This document shows positions 52,601 through 64,000 of a stretch of 64,000 bases of DNA, in pieces. This stretch comes from Owenia fusiformis (taxonomy: Eukaryota), in assembly GCA_903813345.2 (NCBI GenBank), contig CAIIXF020000001.1:29574001-29638000 (forward strand), in the 5' to 3' direction. Made by a program: the position numbers and the translations under genes. The first letter of the stretch is position 1. Every line of letters starts with the position of its first letter. The notes beneath the pieces are model-generated. The model had not been told where the DNA came from and made no database searches. It worked only from the letters and a program-made list of their open reading frames with translations.

Positions 52601-55600
52601 CAATATGGCTTTAGGAAAAAACATTCAACATACATGGCCCTTTTAAATTTCATTGAAAATATTAGAAAGTCTTTAGATACAGGGAAAACTAGTCTTGGTA
52701 TTTATATTGATTTATCTAAAGCCTTTGACACCGTTGATCATAAAATATTATTACAAAAACTTGAATTCTATGGCATTCGTGGAGTAGCTCTTTCTTGGTT
52801 CACAAGTTATCTTGAAAATAGAAGAATCATCACTGAATTTACAAAGAAGAATGTTTCACTTGACCAATTTACAGAGACTGATGTGAAATATAGATCAATT
52901 GAAAATACAGTTGAATATGGAGTACCACAAGGGTCGGTAATAGGCCCCCTCTTATTTATAATATTCATTAATGACATATATCTCGTCTCAAATAAACTAT
53001 CCTTTGTTTTATATGCTGACGACACAAATATTGCGCTTACTGACAAAAATATTGAAAATCTAGTCATTGAAATGAATGAAGAATTACAAAATGTCTCAAA
53101 TTGGATGAAGGCAAATAAACTAACTCTTAATGTTGAAAAAACCAAGTTTATGATATTTAGCAATAAAAGAGATCTGAACGACAAGAATATTATCCTTAAG
53201 ATTGACAATCAACCAATTGAAGAGGTGAAAGAAATTAATTTCCTTGGCGTTATCATTGATTCAAAGTTACACTGGTCTCCTCACATTAATGCTATATGTA
53301 CAAAAATCTCTAATTTGATTGGTATAATATACAGGACTAGACATCGACTGACCTTGAATGCCATGACTACAATTTATTATTCAATGATTTATTCTTACTT
53401 AAGCTATGGAAATATCTTATGGGGAAATGCCATAAAAACACTCATTCAGAAATTATATATTTTGCAAAAGAAATTCTTAAGAGTCATTACGTATTCTGAT
53501 AGCTGTGCCGCTTCAGGTCCACTATTTCAGAAGCTAAAAATTTTAAATGTATTTGATATACATTCCCATCAAACAGCTAGCTTTGTACAAAAAACACTTT
53601 CTGAATCGCCTGATTTTCCTTTTAAAAAATTCAACCATCTTTTCTCATTAAGATCAACAATTCACTCACATGACACAAAATCAAAAAATGATTTGATTGT
53701 TCAACCTTTTAGAACAGAATATGGAAGAAAATCAATCGGGACAAGTGGCCCATCAATTTATAACTCTTTATCTACTGATTTGAGAAACTCAATTCATATA
53801 AAAATGTTTCAACGAAAGTTTAAGTCCAATTTGTTAAGTCATTATTAGTTAGTTTGAACCATACTTCCACTATGTTACATCAAGATAATTAAAAATGTAT
53901 GCTTTGTAAATTTGTACATTACAATAACTGTTCTAACATGACATGCTTTATGTATAACACATTTTATTTTTTCAAAACATGGAATCCATACACCCCTCGG
54001 GGTGTCCTTTTCATATCACTTGTAAATTAATATTGTATGAAAACTAGAATTGAATAATAAATAAATAAATTGAAAAGTTAAATGGAGCTTGTGTTTTATA
54101 TGCTCCTTAGTCCTTCCTCAATTTACAAATGACATCTTGCAAATGATGTAAGGTTAGAATAGTTGCCTTGGAATCTCAAGGTGCTATCACTAATGGAAAA
54201 TGTCAGAACAAGTTTTGTTTGATCATTTATTAGGATGCCAGTGTGAATCCTTAGACAGTTGCATGAAATATGCAATTGCTTCTGTCTATGTCAGTTTTAT
54301 TTAATAGGATTTTATTGCTGGTTATTGAATAATTCAACTGATTCTCTGAGCATCTTATCAACCAAGCAAGCACATTCTAAAGTGGGAACTGACTTACTAA
54401 TTTCCTTAAACTGTGCAACAATAGTGATCTAATATCTCACAGTTCTGGATCCTTTGACAAGACCATTTCAATTTCATATCAGTAAAACTATGCAATCAAT
54501 AAAGCAAACAAGAAAGTTCTCTCTAAACTACAATGCCAATAGTGCTTGAGAATTAATCAGGCATTTGGTCCATTAGGAAGAATGTAATCATTGAGATTGC
54601 ATTTATCATGAAGATACCAAATTCAGATTTTTCACTTGGAATTTGTGTTACCATATACCCTTTGCATTCGTTTGACTTCACTTCTTAAAAGAGAGCTTCG
54701 TCTTCACTCTTTCAAACTAAAATAAACCTGTGAACTCACCGCGCCAATCAGTGTTCGTCGGCAAAATTTGACCGACGTTCTATATATGGTCATTCCTTCT
54801 GACGTCATCGCTGAGCCCGGAATTGACCAATGACATGCGCATATTTTATTAGAACGCATTTGGCGTATGTTTCTTCAAGCTCGCTGATTGGTGGAAGAAA
54901 TACCCAAACTGTCACCGGTACCCGTCGTGGAGGCGGGGCTACTAAACTGAAATATAGTCTCTACTAGGCAGAGTGTAGTTTAACTAGACTCTGCGCGCAG
55001 GGTAGTTACCATACAGATACATGTATTTGACAATATCGACAATATTTCCATATTTCCATGATAAAATTTGGGTCCTAACATGGGAGGAAGGATTGTGAGC
55101 AGGTTTTTGTTGTAAATAAAAGTAACATATATTCAACTTTCACCAGCTGGTTTGACTCCTTAAACAGTTTATAGACAAACAATTACACAAGTAACAATCA
55201 TCTGTCCTTTTCATTTACTAACTTGAAACAAAGCACTATTTCAGCAGAACACAACCAGAAAAGATCACACTGCACACAATGAGCTGTTTTCCACGTAATC
55301 TAAGGAAATCAATTGTCTTGTTCACCAAATGAAGCAATAATGTACTCCCAGAGTGAAAAGGTCACCCAAAATTGTTTTACTCTATTATATTTCTCCAAAG
55401 TATTCTTATTTAATTACTAAGTTGTCAAATTGTTAATTGCCATAGACAGCTGTTAAATTGAAAGAGCAATGGTCTGACAATTGTATTATAGGTATATGTA
55501 ATAATAAATTATGCTTCATTGATTTTGTCCCGATGATCAATATGTACTCTTCCCTGTTCACTTCTTTAGTCAATTTGTAGATGTCTAAATAATAAATCAA

Positions 55601-58600
55601 TCTTTGAAAAATACTCTTATAAAATACCTCTAGCTAGTCAATACCTTCCTCTGGACAAAGTAGTTGTATACCTACATGCCTACAATACATAATACGTAAT
55701 ACGTAAGCAACCTGTATAGAATTATTCTTCAGAAGAGGAAGTATTTCATCAATATATTCATTGTTTATGTAGGTTCCCAATATACTTTCCTTCTGTATCT
55801 ATGACCTTCAATTCACTTCATTTTCTAGAGTAAGTGATTATGAACCCAGTATAATAGTCAGACATCTTTACCATGGAAATTCAATGGTGATGTATATATT
55901 TTCAGGCGATCAACAATCCTCGCAATGAGGAACAGCAGGAGAAGGCAATGAGTGTGGTGGTCCCACTGGTCTCACAGCTCAAGAGATACTATGACTTCTC
56001 ACTACACTTAGGTAAGCCATGTTGGAATATGATGTAATTTCATATCTTTATTATGTTACCACCACCATGGTATTCTGCATTTGGTGGTCAGTGTCTGTAA
56101 CAAATGGCAGCTTGTGACATTTTGCATGTTAATGCCTTGTTCTTAATATTGAAATTTTATATTTTTTCTTATTCTGTTTTGATCATGTGCTGATCATTCA
56201 AAGCATTGTACATAGTTTTAGCTATTTTGAGCCAAAAGAAAATATTATTTTTGAGCTTTTGAAGGCTTGATGTATCATAGCCTTTCTCTACCTACCACAA
56301 AGAAGGTGGGTCATAGCTATGAACCCTAAGTCAACAAAAATACATTTCAGATAATTAAATTCTTTGTCTTTTCAGAAAACATGATTCCACAGGTCCTGAG
56401 AGAGCTATGTAACAATGAATTGACTCCCAAGCTCCATCTCGAGCAACAACAAGCCCTTTTCAAGCAGTTTGCAGAGATTATAGACTTTACATTAAAGTTT
56501 GATGACCTTAAGGTAAATTTTCTAAATGCAACATACCATAAAGCCCATGAAAGTTTCAGCGCTGCAACGCATATATTGTGATGACAAATTGTTATAGTCT
56601 ATAACTGTGTCTGTAACAAATGGCAGGTGGTGACAATTTGCATGTTTATTCCTTGTTTATATTTGAAATAGAACTTAAGCATACTAGCTGACTGTATAAT
56701 TTTTGTAATGTTAAATGTAATGCCTTATGAATATTTCAGATGTCTAACCCTGCCATACAGAATGACTTTAGTTACTACAGGCGGACTTTGGGGAGAATAC
56801 GCATGGCTAATGAGGTAGGTACCAAGATAAGTTAGTCATTTATGTGTGGAACTGATTATTAAGTAAATGTTTCTCTTTGACTGCATATTTTTTTACATAG
56901 TTAAAAGGTACAAATACAGGGTGGGATAATAAAATTCAGTTTTTTGTGACTTACTTTTAAAACCTCCATTATAATACAATTATTAATTTCCTGAATGTTT
57001 GGTCAAGTTATCTTGTCCATATTACATGTACTTACATTTCATATAAAAAGACAATGAATGTTTTGCAGGAATAAAGAACAACTTTCTTATAAACATTGAA
57101 AATGATGTTTAGCCCACCCTGTATTTTATTTCAATTTACCAAATTTTTACATAAATATTGAGTGTACATGTATGTAGAGAATCTTTACCTTTAAAATGCA
57201 TGGATTTTACACTTGATCTCTCATATACATAGTATTTTACATATGCTCCATCTATTTAAACAAAAACAATTTTTGTTTGTTAAGGCTCAGGGAATTGTGG
57301 TGAGTTGTTGTCAGCATGTGCTCAGTACAAAATGTGCCGACCATGTTCTGAATGTGCTAAGTTATGTGTAGAGCATGTGCTCAATTACTAAATGTGCTCA
57401 GTAACTAAACAGACATCTCATTGTTGTTGTATTAGGCATTGCATTGTTATCTGCAGGAGTTTTATAGAAATTATCATTGCATACTGTGCCTTCCTTAGTA
57501 CAGAAACTCCATAATTTTTCCCACTTTGGACAAGGATTGAAATAGTTTATACCTGCGGTGGTTTTTAAGTCCCAGTTTCCATTTGGAACCTCTGTAAGTT
57601 TCACCTATGGAGCATTTCTTGCCACACTATATGTGCAAGCACTTTATTTTCGTTGTAATTTTTTCTGTGTATGTGAACACTATTTTACCATAAGCTGGTA
57701 TATGAATGCTCCAAAGCTTATTACAATCATCGCATGCATTGCATTTCTACATCAATACCATTTGCTTTTTTACACAAATTTTTCTCCATGTTGTATGTAG
57801 GTAGGTATGTTACAACAAAAGAACCACTATTTTTATATGTCTAAGAGTCACTCTATTCACACCTTAAATATAAAGTCATCAAACTTGCTCAAAATACTTT
57901 TGAGATTTGTTTTTGTAAAATGTCATTCATTCTTGATTTGCTGGGATATATTTGGTTCTCTTGTCCACTTGACAAAGAAGGAGTCCCATTTCAGTGTTGT
58001 CTGGGTACTAAGTTCAGTGCAAACTTTCCTCTCCTTTTATTAACCTCCCTAACTTTCCAAATATCAAGAGATATTTTTTAAGTTATTACATAATTTATCA
58101 AACCAAATCAAATTTTCAATGTGTGTTTGTGTTGCCAATAAAATTACCACATTATGTTAATATTATTATTTAATGTATTAATATCATTACTTGTTTATTT
58201 CTTTATTTGTCAATGTTTATGATTTGTTACAGGACCATGATGAACAGTTTGACGTTGATAATGAAATGGCCAATAGGATGTCTCTATTCTACGCTAATGC
58301 TACTCCCATGTTGAAAGTCCTTAGTAATACTACATCGAAGTTTGTCTCAGAGGTAAGTTGTACAATACATGTATGTGAACAATAAATGTACAATGCGTGA
58401 AAAATCTGTGTACAATATACAAAGAATAAGGGTACAACAAATGAACAATAAGAGTCCCATACATGAAAAATCAGTGTACAATATGCCAATAATCAGTGTA
58501 CAGTATATGAACAATGAAATTACAAGATGTGAAAAATCCATTATGATAAATGCACAATGCACAAAATGAGCAATAAGACTAATAACATGAAATCATGCTT

Positions 58601-60909
58601 ACTTTAAGTCATTAATACATTGTTTAATGTTCCAGAATAAAGACCTACCTGTAGAGAACACCACTGACTGTCTCAGTACTATGGCTAACATATGTAGGGT
58701 TATGATTGAAAACCAGTAAGTAGATATCTGCATTATTTTACTTTATGTTATTTAAACTATTGACTCTATTGTTCAATGATTCCAAGTGAGGTGCCAATCT
58801 GAAGGTAAAATATTGATAATCAGTTTTATGTTGATAATTGTATTCAACAATTGCTTCAAAATTTTGAATCTTGATAATGATAAATTATCATTACAGTAAA
58901 ACTTGCCAAGTGGAACAGCTAACTTGTCAAGTGGAGCAGCTCTTTAAGTGGAACACCTTTGTTAATGGAACACTTTTTTATGTTCATATTTTTTATATTT
59001 AACTCAGGTTTTAATGTTTTTGTTAGAAATCATCAGGTTTTAATGCATATCTGCTCATTTTCTTTCAGTAATTACAGATCTCGAATCACAAATGATGACA
59101 CAATATTATTTATATTGCGAGTTATGGTTGGTGTAATAATCCTCTACGACCATGTACACCCAGTAGGAGCTTTTGCTAAATCTTCCAACATTGATGTAAG
59201 TATGATTAGGTCTGATGGGGTGGTGTGGGTTTGGATTGTATGGTTTAACTATAATGTAGTCAGGCATGTGTTTCAGTTGTATTCGTTCTAGTTGGATATG
59301 GAGGGATATACCGTATTATCGCCTATTGGCGCACACTCCCTTATAAGCGCACATGCGACTTTGGAAACATGACAAACATTTGTGATCAGAGCAAAAGAGT
59401 AGGAAAACTTACAGAATAACGATTTTTTAACTCACCAAATTTCATTTCCGGGTAGGAAAATCCAACTTCCGGTCTGCGCAAACTTTGATGCGCGGTAGTT
59501 ATTATGACGATAAAATAAAAGTCAAAACTTTTACCTGATAAATATCGCAATATTTCTTTATTTTACCAATAGTTGGTCCTTTAAAAACGTAATATGATGG
59601 TAAAATACGACACAAGACATGATTTGGCGTGAAAAAACAGTAAGTAAGATAATATTCATTTCAAACCTTCGAATTCTGATTTTCACATATTATCGCCCAA
59701 TCAAAATGATAACTTATATGTGCGCTTATTGGGACTTTATTGGATTGATTTCTCTCCAATTCCATGTTATTTCACCTCAATTTCACAAGCGCACTGTGCG
59801 CCAATAGGCGATAATACGGTAGTTGGGTTTTGTATGTCATTGGTTGTTGAGTATGTTTCATTTTGTCGTGGAGCTCACGGTTGAGTGACATAATGACATG
59901 TATTAAAAAAAAGAAACAACAGCACTGTTCACTCAAGGTGTCCTCAATGTGACACGAGGATTCTCTCATATTAGGACTTTAGAAGTCTTATACAGTAGCA
60001 ATTTATACCATCATTTATCATGTATGCAATTATTATTCTGTGTTCCGTGTATAAACTGTTTTCAAACATACTTGTAATTATCATAATGCTATTGTGAATT
60101 TTTGTTTGTTTTACAGATCAAAAGTTGTTTAAAGGTTTTACAAAACCAACAGACTGCACGTGTTGAAGGTTTAATGAATGCTTTAAGGTATGTCAAACTT
60201 TATACTTTCCTATTTTTTGCTTTAGTTAAGACTAACATAGATAAGTAGTTAAATTGTGAGGTACTAATGAACTATGGACTGAGTGTAATGTACTAAAAAA
60301 TCTCATCACAGTTGTCCGTGGAATATGATGCTGTAACATCTTTTAATCGAAGTATCTGAAGTTAGACTAGGTTTTCTAGAAAGCTGATTTAACAGGGTTT
60401 TTAGGATAATTGTTCTATTTGCTTCTATTTCTTGAGAATGTTTGTACATCTATTTCATATCTTTTAATTCTGGATGATATTTGTAACACATTTGATAATG
60501 TTTTATTAATTCTGGCAGTGTCTTAGTGTATCTTATTCTTCATGATATTAGTGCCATATTTGCTTTGTATTGTGTTTGTGGTTCACATAACATGGTGTCG
60601 GTGGTGCTTAAGCATCTTGCTATACTATAATTATTACAATTTGTTTATTAAATATACATTTAAAACACCTAGTTGCAATGCGATAACATTAGTGATGTGT
60701 CTCATAACATTGGTGACGTGTCTCATTCTCATAACATTAGTGATGTGTCTCACAGCATGTATGGTTTGGCTTTTTCTGAGCACTTATTTGTTCATTGAGG
60801 AAGATGCAATTAAGAAATGAGTAAATGACCCCTACTGCCTTTCAGGTTCACAACTGTACATTTGAATGATGAAACAACGCCAAAAGGAGTGAAGGCATTA
60901 CTAGCATAG
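49663..60909 (+). CDS. CYRIB: CYFIP-related Rac1 interactor (CYRI/FAM49), 324 aa, join(49663..49735,50702..50823,55906..56011,56376..56512,56740..56814,58233..58352,58636..58715,59069..59195,60117..60187,60846..60909)
   Basis: All introns are GT-AG; exons total 975 nt. Motifs: MGNLLRVL...[108 protein letters not shown]. Probably a single pro-ortholog of CYRIA and CYRIB. Confidence 0.96.
52050..54073 (+). mobile_element. 5'-truncated non-LTR retrotransposon (CR1 group, L2/Crack-like) in a CYRI intron
   Basis: RT-bearing ORF 52055-53848, a 3' UTR ending in (AATA)n-AATTGA, and a candidate TSD AAAGTTAA at 52042-52049 and 54074-54081. Confidence 0.88.
52055..53848 (+). CDS. LINE ORF2 C-terminal part: reverse transcriptase, endonuclease domain missing
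   Basis: [59 protein letters not shown]; no stops across 597 codons; no ATG at the start of the frame. Confidence 0.9.
   Translation: MFHQVWSGQSKINNTFNLNNRQTTDGAEIAENFNNFFSSIGNKLANKIQSNADPMVNLRKINSNDKSLFLSPVTETDVKNQLKSLKPSAASIDDIKPSVVKLLKESLSAPLTQIFNLSISTGTFPDALKIARVIPIFKKGLKEIFNNYRPISILSVFSKMLEKIVHDKVTVFLEKYEILYLHQYGFRKKHSTYMALLNFIENIRKSLDTGKTSLGIYIDLSKAFDTVDHKILLQKLEFYGIRGVALSWFTSYLENRRIITEFTKKNVSLDQFTETDVKYRSIENTVEYGVPQGSVIGPLLFIIFINDIYLVSNKLSFVLYADDTNIALTDKNIENLVIEMNEELQNVSNWMKANKLTLNVEKTKFMIFSNKRDLNDKNIILKIDNQPIEEVKEINFLGVIIDSKLHWSPHINAICTKISNLIGIIYRTRHRLTLNAMTTIYYSMIYSYLSYGNILWGNAIKTLIQKLYILQKKFLRVITYSDSCAASGPLFQKLKILNVFDIHSHQTASFVQKTLSESPDFPFKKFNHLFSLRSTIHSHDTKSKNDLIVQPFRTEYGRKSIGTSGPSIYNSLSTDLRNSIHIKMFQRKFKSNLLSHY
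54656..55004 (-). mobile_element. TACCC 9-bp-TSD family (copy 2, inverted relative to 16526-16896)
   Basis: GTTACCATA lies at 54647-54655 and 55005-55013. The body is the reverse complement of copy 1 with a small deletion. Confidence 0.85.
56080..56142 (+). repeat. Short dispersed repeat ending CTGTAACAAATGGCAG...GACATTTTGCATGTTAATGCCTTGTT
   Basis: Other copies at ~4677-4790, ~9845-9955, ~46415-46525 and ~56578-56656; a 5' part occurs inverted at ~22400-22440. Confidence 0.75.
56917..57121. mobile_element. Tc1/mariner-type MITE
   Basis: TA|CAGGGTGGG ... CCCACCCTG|TA. Confidence 0.65.
59311..59819. mobile_element. Tc1/mariner (pogo-like) MITE in a CYRI intron
   Basis: TA|CCGTATTATCGCCTATTGGCGCACA ... 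TGTGCGCCAATAGGCGATAATACGG|TA, a perfect 25-bp TIR. Confidence 0.88.
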
Positions 60910-63900
60910 AGTGCCACCTATCCTGGGATATTCACCCACTCGGGATTGTTTTTACATTCCACAATGGATTTAAACCCTTGAGTCAGGATTATAATATGAA
61001 ATATATTCATGTCGTGGAGCCTCATTCATTATTATCATTAGTGACCATCATCTCTATTTGGATCCTTTACCATGATCCCATTGGATCCTTTAGGATCCTT
61101 AGGATGATCAACAAGAAACTTGATCTTGAAGTGGATCCTTAGAATAATCATGTGGATTTTTTATCATGATGTTTGGGATAAAAATATATCATTAATCAAC
61201 TGGATCTTTTTCACTTGATCATTGTCTATGGATCTGTCATTTATTTGTTCTATCTGTGATCTCCAACTATTGAACTACTTGGATGTACACTACAATGTTA
61301 AGGATAACACCAGTATTGGATTATATATTACTCAGCACAAAGTGGTACTCTTCTTCTGGAATCTGATTTATTAACATAGTGCCATCTTTATGATATTGGT
61401 GGAACTAAGTTCATCACAAGGAGGTGCTGCCATCTTTCAATGGATTTAAACAAGGAAGACACTGCATTCAGTTAAATGGATTGTACAGGATGATAAAGAG
61501 CTATGCATGGAATGCTGCTGCCCCTTTGAATTTTGTAGATAGTTAGTTGATGATATCTTGACAATATATAGATAGGATGACTTCCAAAAGTTATCAATAG
61601 AAAGTTAGGATTAATCAGAACTTTTTAGAGTTGTAAAAATTAAGGTCATTAAGAAAAATACAGCCTCTGAAATATCTATTAACACACAACATAAAAAGTT
61701 AGGGGCCAATTTTTTTTTTTTCATAATATTTTTATTTCCATCTTTAATTCATGCCAATTGAATATCATTATGGCCTTGAAATGATCATATGTAAAAAATG
61801 TAATTAGAATATTTATATGTTAGATGATTGTACAGAATATATAATATATATATATTGGGATGCCATGGGAGATGATACTTAATTGTAAACAGTCGTACTG
61901 GAGCTCTTATGGCTAGAGAAAATTATGTTGTCAGTTACTTTGGAAATCCTTTCCAGAAAACATCTATAAGTAATAATAATGATAAATTTCATTGTTTTGC
62001 CAAACTAACAATAATTTTTTGCATACTGTCTCTGCTCCCTTCCTCTGGACTTTGGCTGGGGTAAATGAGAGATAAGGGGGGGGGGGGGGGTGACACAGGG
62101 GCTTAATGCCAGCCTATTTCTCACAACACAATTGCCTTGTATGCAGATAATAGATGTCACCTCAATTCAAGTTGTACATAAATAAGCCTTGCTTGCGCTT
62201 AGTTATCCTGGAATAAGATCAGTATTATAGTATGTCATTATAACTTTGAGAATGAAATACGACCTTAGATTTGTATATATGAACACCATGTTTCAAATTG
62301 AATCACAGTAGGCTTTGAGCACTTGTGTTTTGTGTGGGGAAATTGAATATTTTCCCATTTTCAAAATGTTAACTAAATCATGTTCAAATAGTGGAAAATT
62401 ATCCAAGTTGAGTTAACAGGTTAATAAGTACACATTTCCTGATTTAACACCTTAGTTGTAACTTGTAAATCAAGTAATGATCTAATTTACACATAGATTT
62501 TCCAAAATATTGTTACAGCATTTAATAAGATTTATATGTAAACTTTTTTTATGTTCAAGAATGTATAACATGCGTTTTGGTAAAATAATGGAACCCAGAT
62601 CATCATGTAAACAACTTTCCATTGTTTGAACATGAATTACTTTCAATGTTTTTTACAGCTTTCTTGTGCAATTTTTCTGAATGAAAGTAAAGATGCATTG
62701 TAAATACACTATAAGATTGTGACTCAGGGTGTGTGGTTGATAAAGTGAAGTGATATATGATCATATTTCTTATTAATTATATATATATATATGATACAGC
62801 ATGGACATTTTTGAGTATTTCATTTTATATAAAGGAAATTATGTAGTTTTTTCATGACGAAATTCTAAAAGTTGTACAAAATCTGAAGTTCAATTTTCAA
62901 ATGATTTTGAAAAGACTTGAGATTTTTTTAGAATCAAATTGAAAGGAATATATTTCTAAATGTTGTATCATAATTATTATAATCATAGAATTAATTGTTT
63001 ATTTATTTGATAGATTCTATAAACCAATCTAGTTTGGTTTTGTTGTTATGTTTTGTTTTAAACTTTGTAACTAATTAGCTGGTGCAAATGTTAGTTTAGT
63101 TTGTATTATAATTATTACTCAGTTTTGTATCTGTTTAGTTCAATTTAAGACAAATATGGTGATAAAAATAAATAGGGTGATCATAAAGTAATGTGAAAAG
63201 TGCTCTAATTATTGTAAACATCAATGAATCTGGCTCATTTTCAAACAGAAAGTTGATCTAATAATTATACATACTTAGCACCAAGGTGTAAAGCACTGTT
63301 ATCTACAGTGTTTTCTTCATTTACTACATGCATGCTATTCTATTTGACAAGAAATGAATCACAAAACTGCACTTTTTGTTTTTGCATCTTGCTTAAAAAT
63401 ATTTCAAATTTACTATAAATTAGGTTTTATATTGAATATATATGTATAAGTATACTATGACCAATGTTTTTACAGAAAAATATAGCATAAAAATAAATAA
63501 TTGTACTTTGTGGCATTTTTGTACTAAGAGCAGTGTCGCCCTGTGCCATCAGCTGATTCAGTTAATCTTTTGCCAAACCCTCAAATTATTTGTTAAACAG
63601 TCTGCAGTCATTTTCCAATTACTCTTACCATTACACCCATTTATATCAAAATGCTTTACATCTGTATTATGGGTTTCAATTTTCTTCATACTATCTTGAG
63701 GGGCTTGCTTTTAGATATGGGTAGTTTTGACATAATATAATAACTGAATTTAGTTTAAATTAAAAATTAAGAATGTTATTTGATATATTGTTGGAAGGTT
63801 TCCTTTTAAGGATAATCCAACTTAACCCACACACACACTCGCTTGTATAATCCGAGCATCATTCAGATTTCTGCTCAATTTGTGTACAGGTATTCAGACC

Positions 63901-64000
63901 CACTATGTAAAATACATATCATGTTTTCAAGTTAATGTAATCAGGTGTAACAGACCCAGTGTAAAACTGAATATCTCCATGTTGAACCATCAAGTTATGT

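Noticed and set aside
52807-53208. 133-aa antisense ORF, and similar ones at 10883-11179 and 28519-28959
   Set aside because: Antisense shadows of real coding sequence.

Overview
AT-rich, intron-containing animal genomic DNA, probably an invertebrate lophotrochozoan (inferred from composition and repeat types). Three host genes can be spliced together by hand. (1) A FAM110-family gene (+, exons 6542-6665 and 10397-11261; first exon not found). (2) A minus-strand gene with a 3.2-kb acidic, disordered exon whose last exon, absent from the ORF track, encodes PLKTCPRSIRLGLSKNSRPGPLH. This matches the RAD51-binding C-terminus of RAD51AP2, a protein originally described as vertebrate-specific. (3) A complete 10-coding-exon, 324-aa CYRI/FAM49 gene (+, 49663-60909). 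The RAD51AP2-like and CYRI genes appear to sit head-to-head around an ETS + ZNF143-type site near 30.5 kb; from memory, RAD51AP2 and CYRIA are also neighbours on human 2p24. The window opens in a two-gene Kolobok-type DNA transposon: a KolX-like ORF on the minus strand (missed by the ORF track) and a DDE transposase with a single nonsense codon. Introns and intergenic DNA hold a 5'-truncated CR1/L2-group LINE, two Transib-like CAC...GTG elements with 5-bp TSDs, a 9-bp-TSD family rich in promoter motifs, a Helentron-type HINE, several MITEs and strong hairpins. All family assignments rest on motif recognition by eye; no searches were run.
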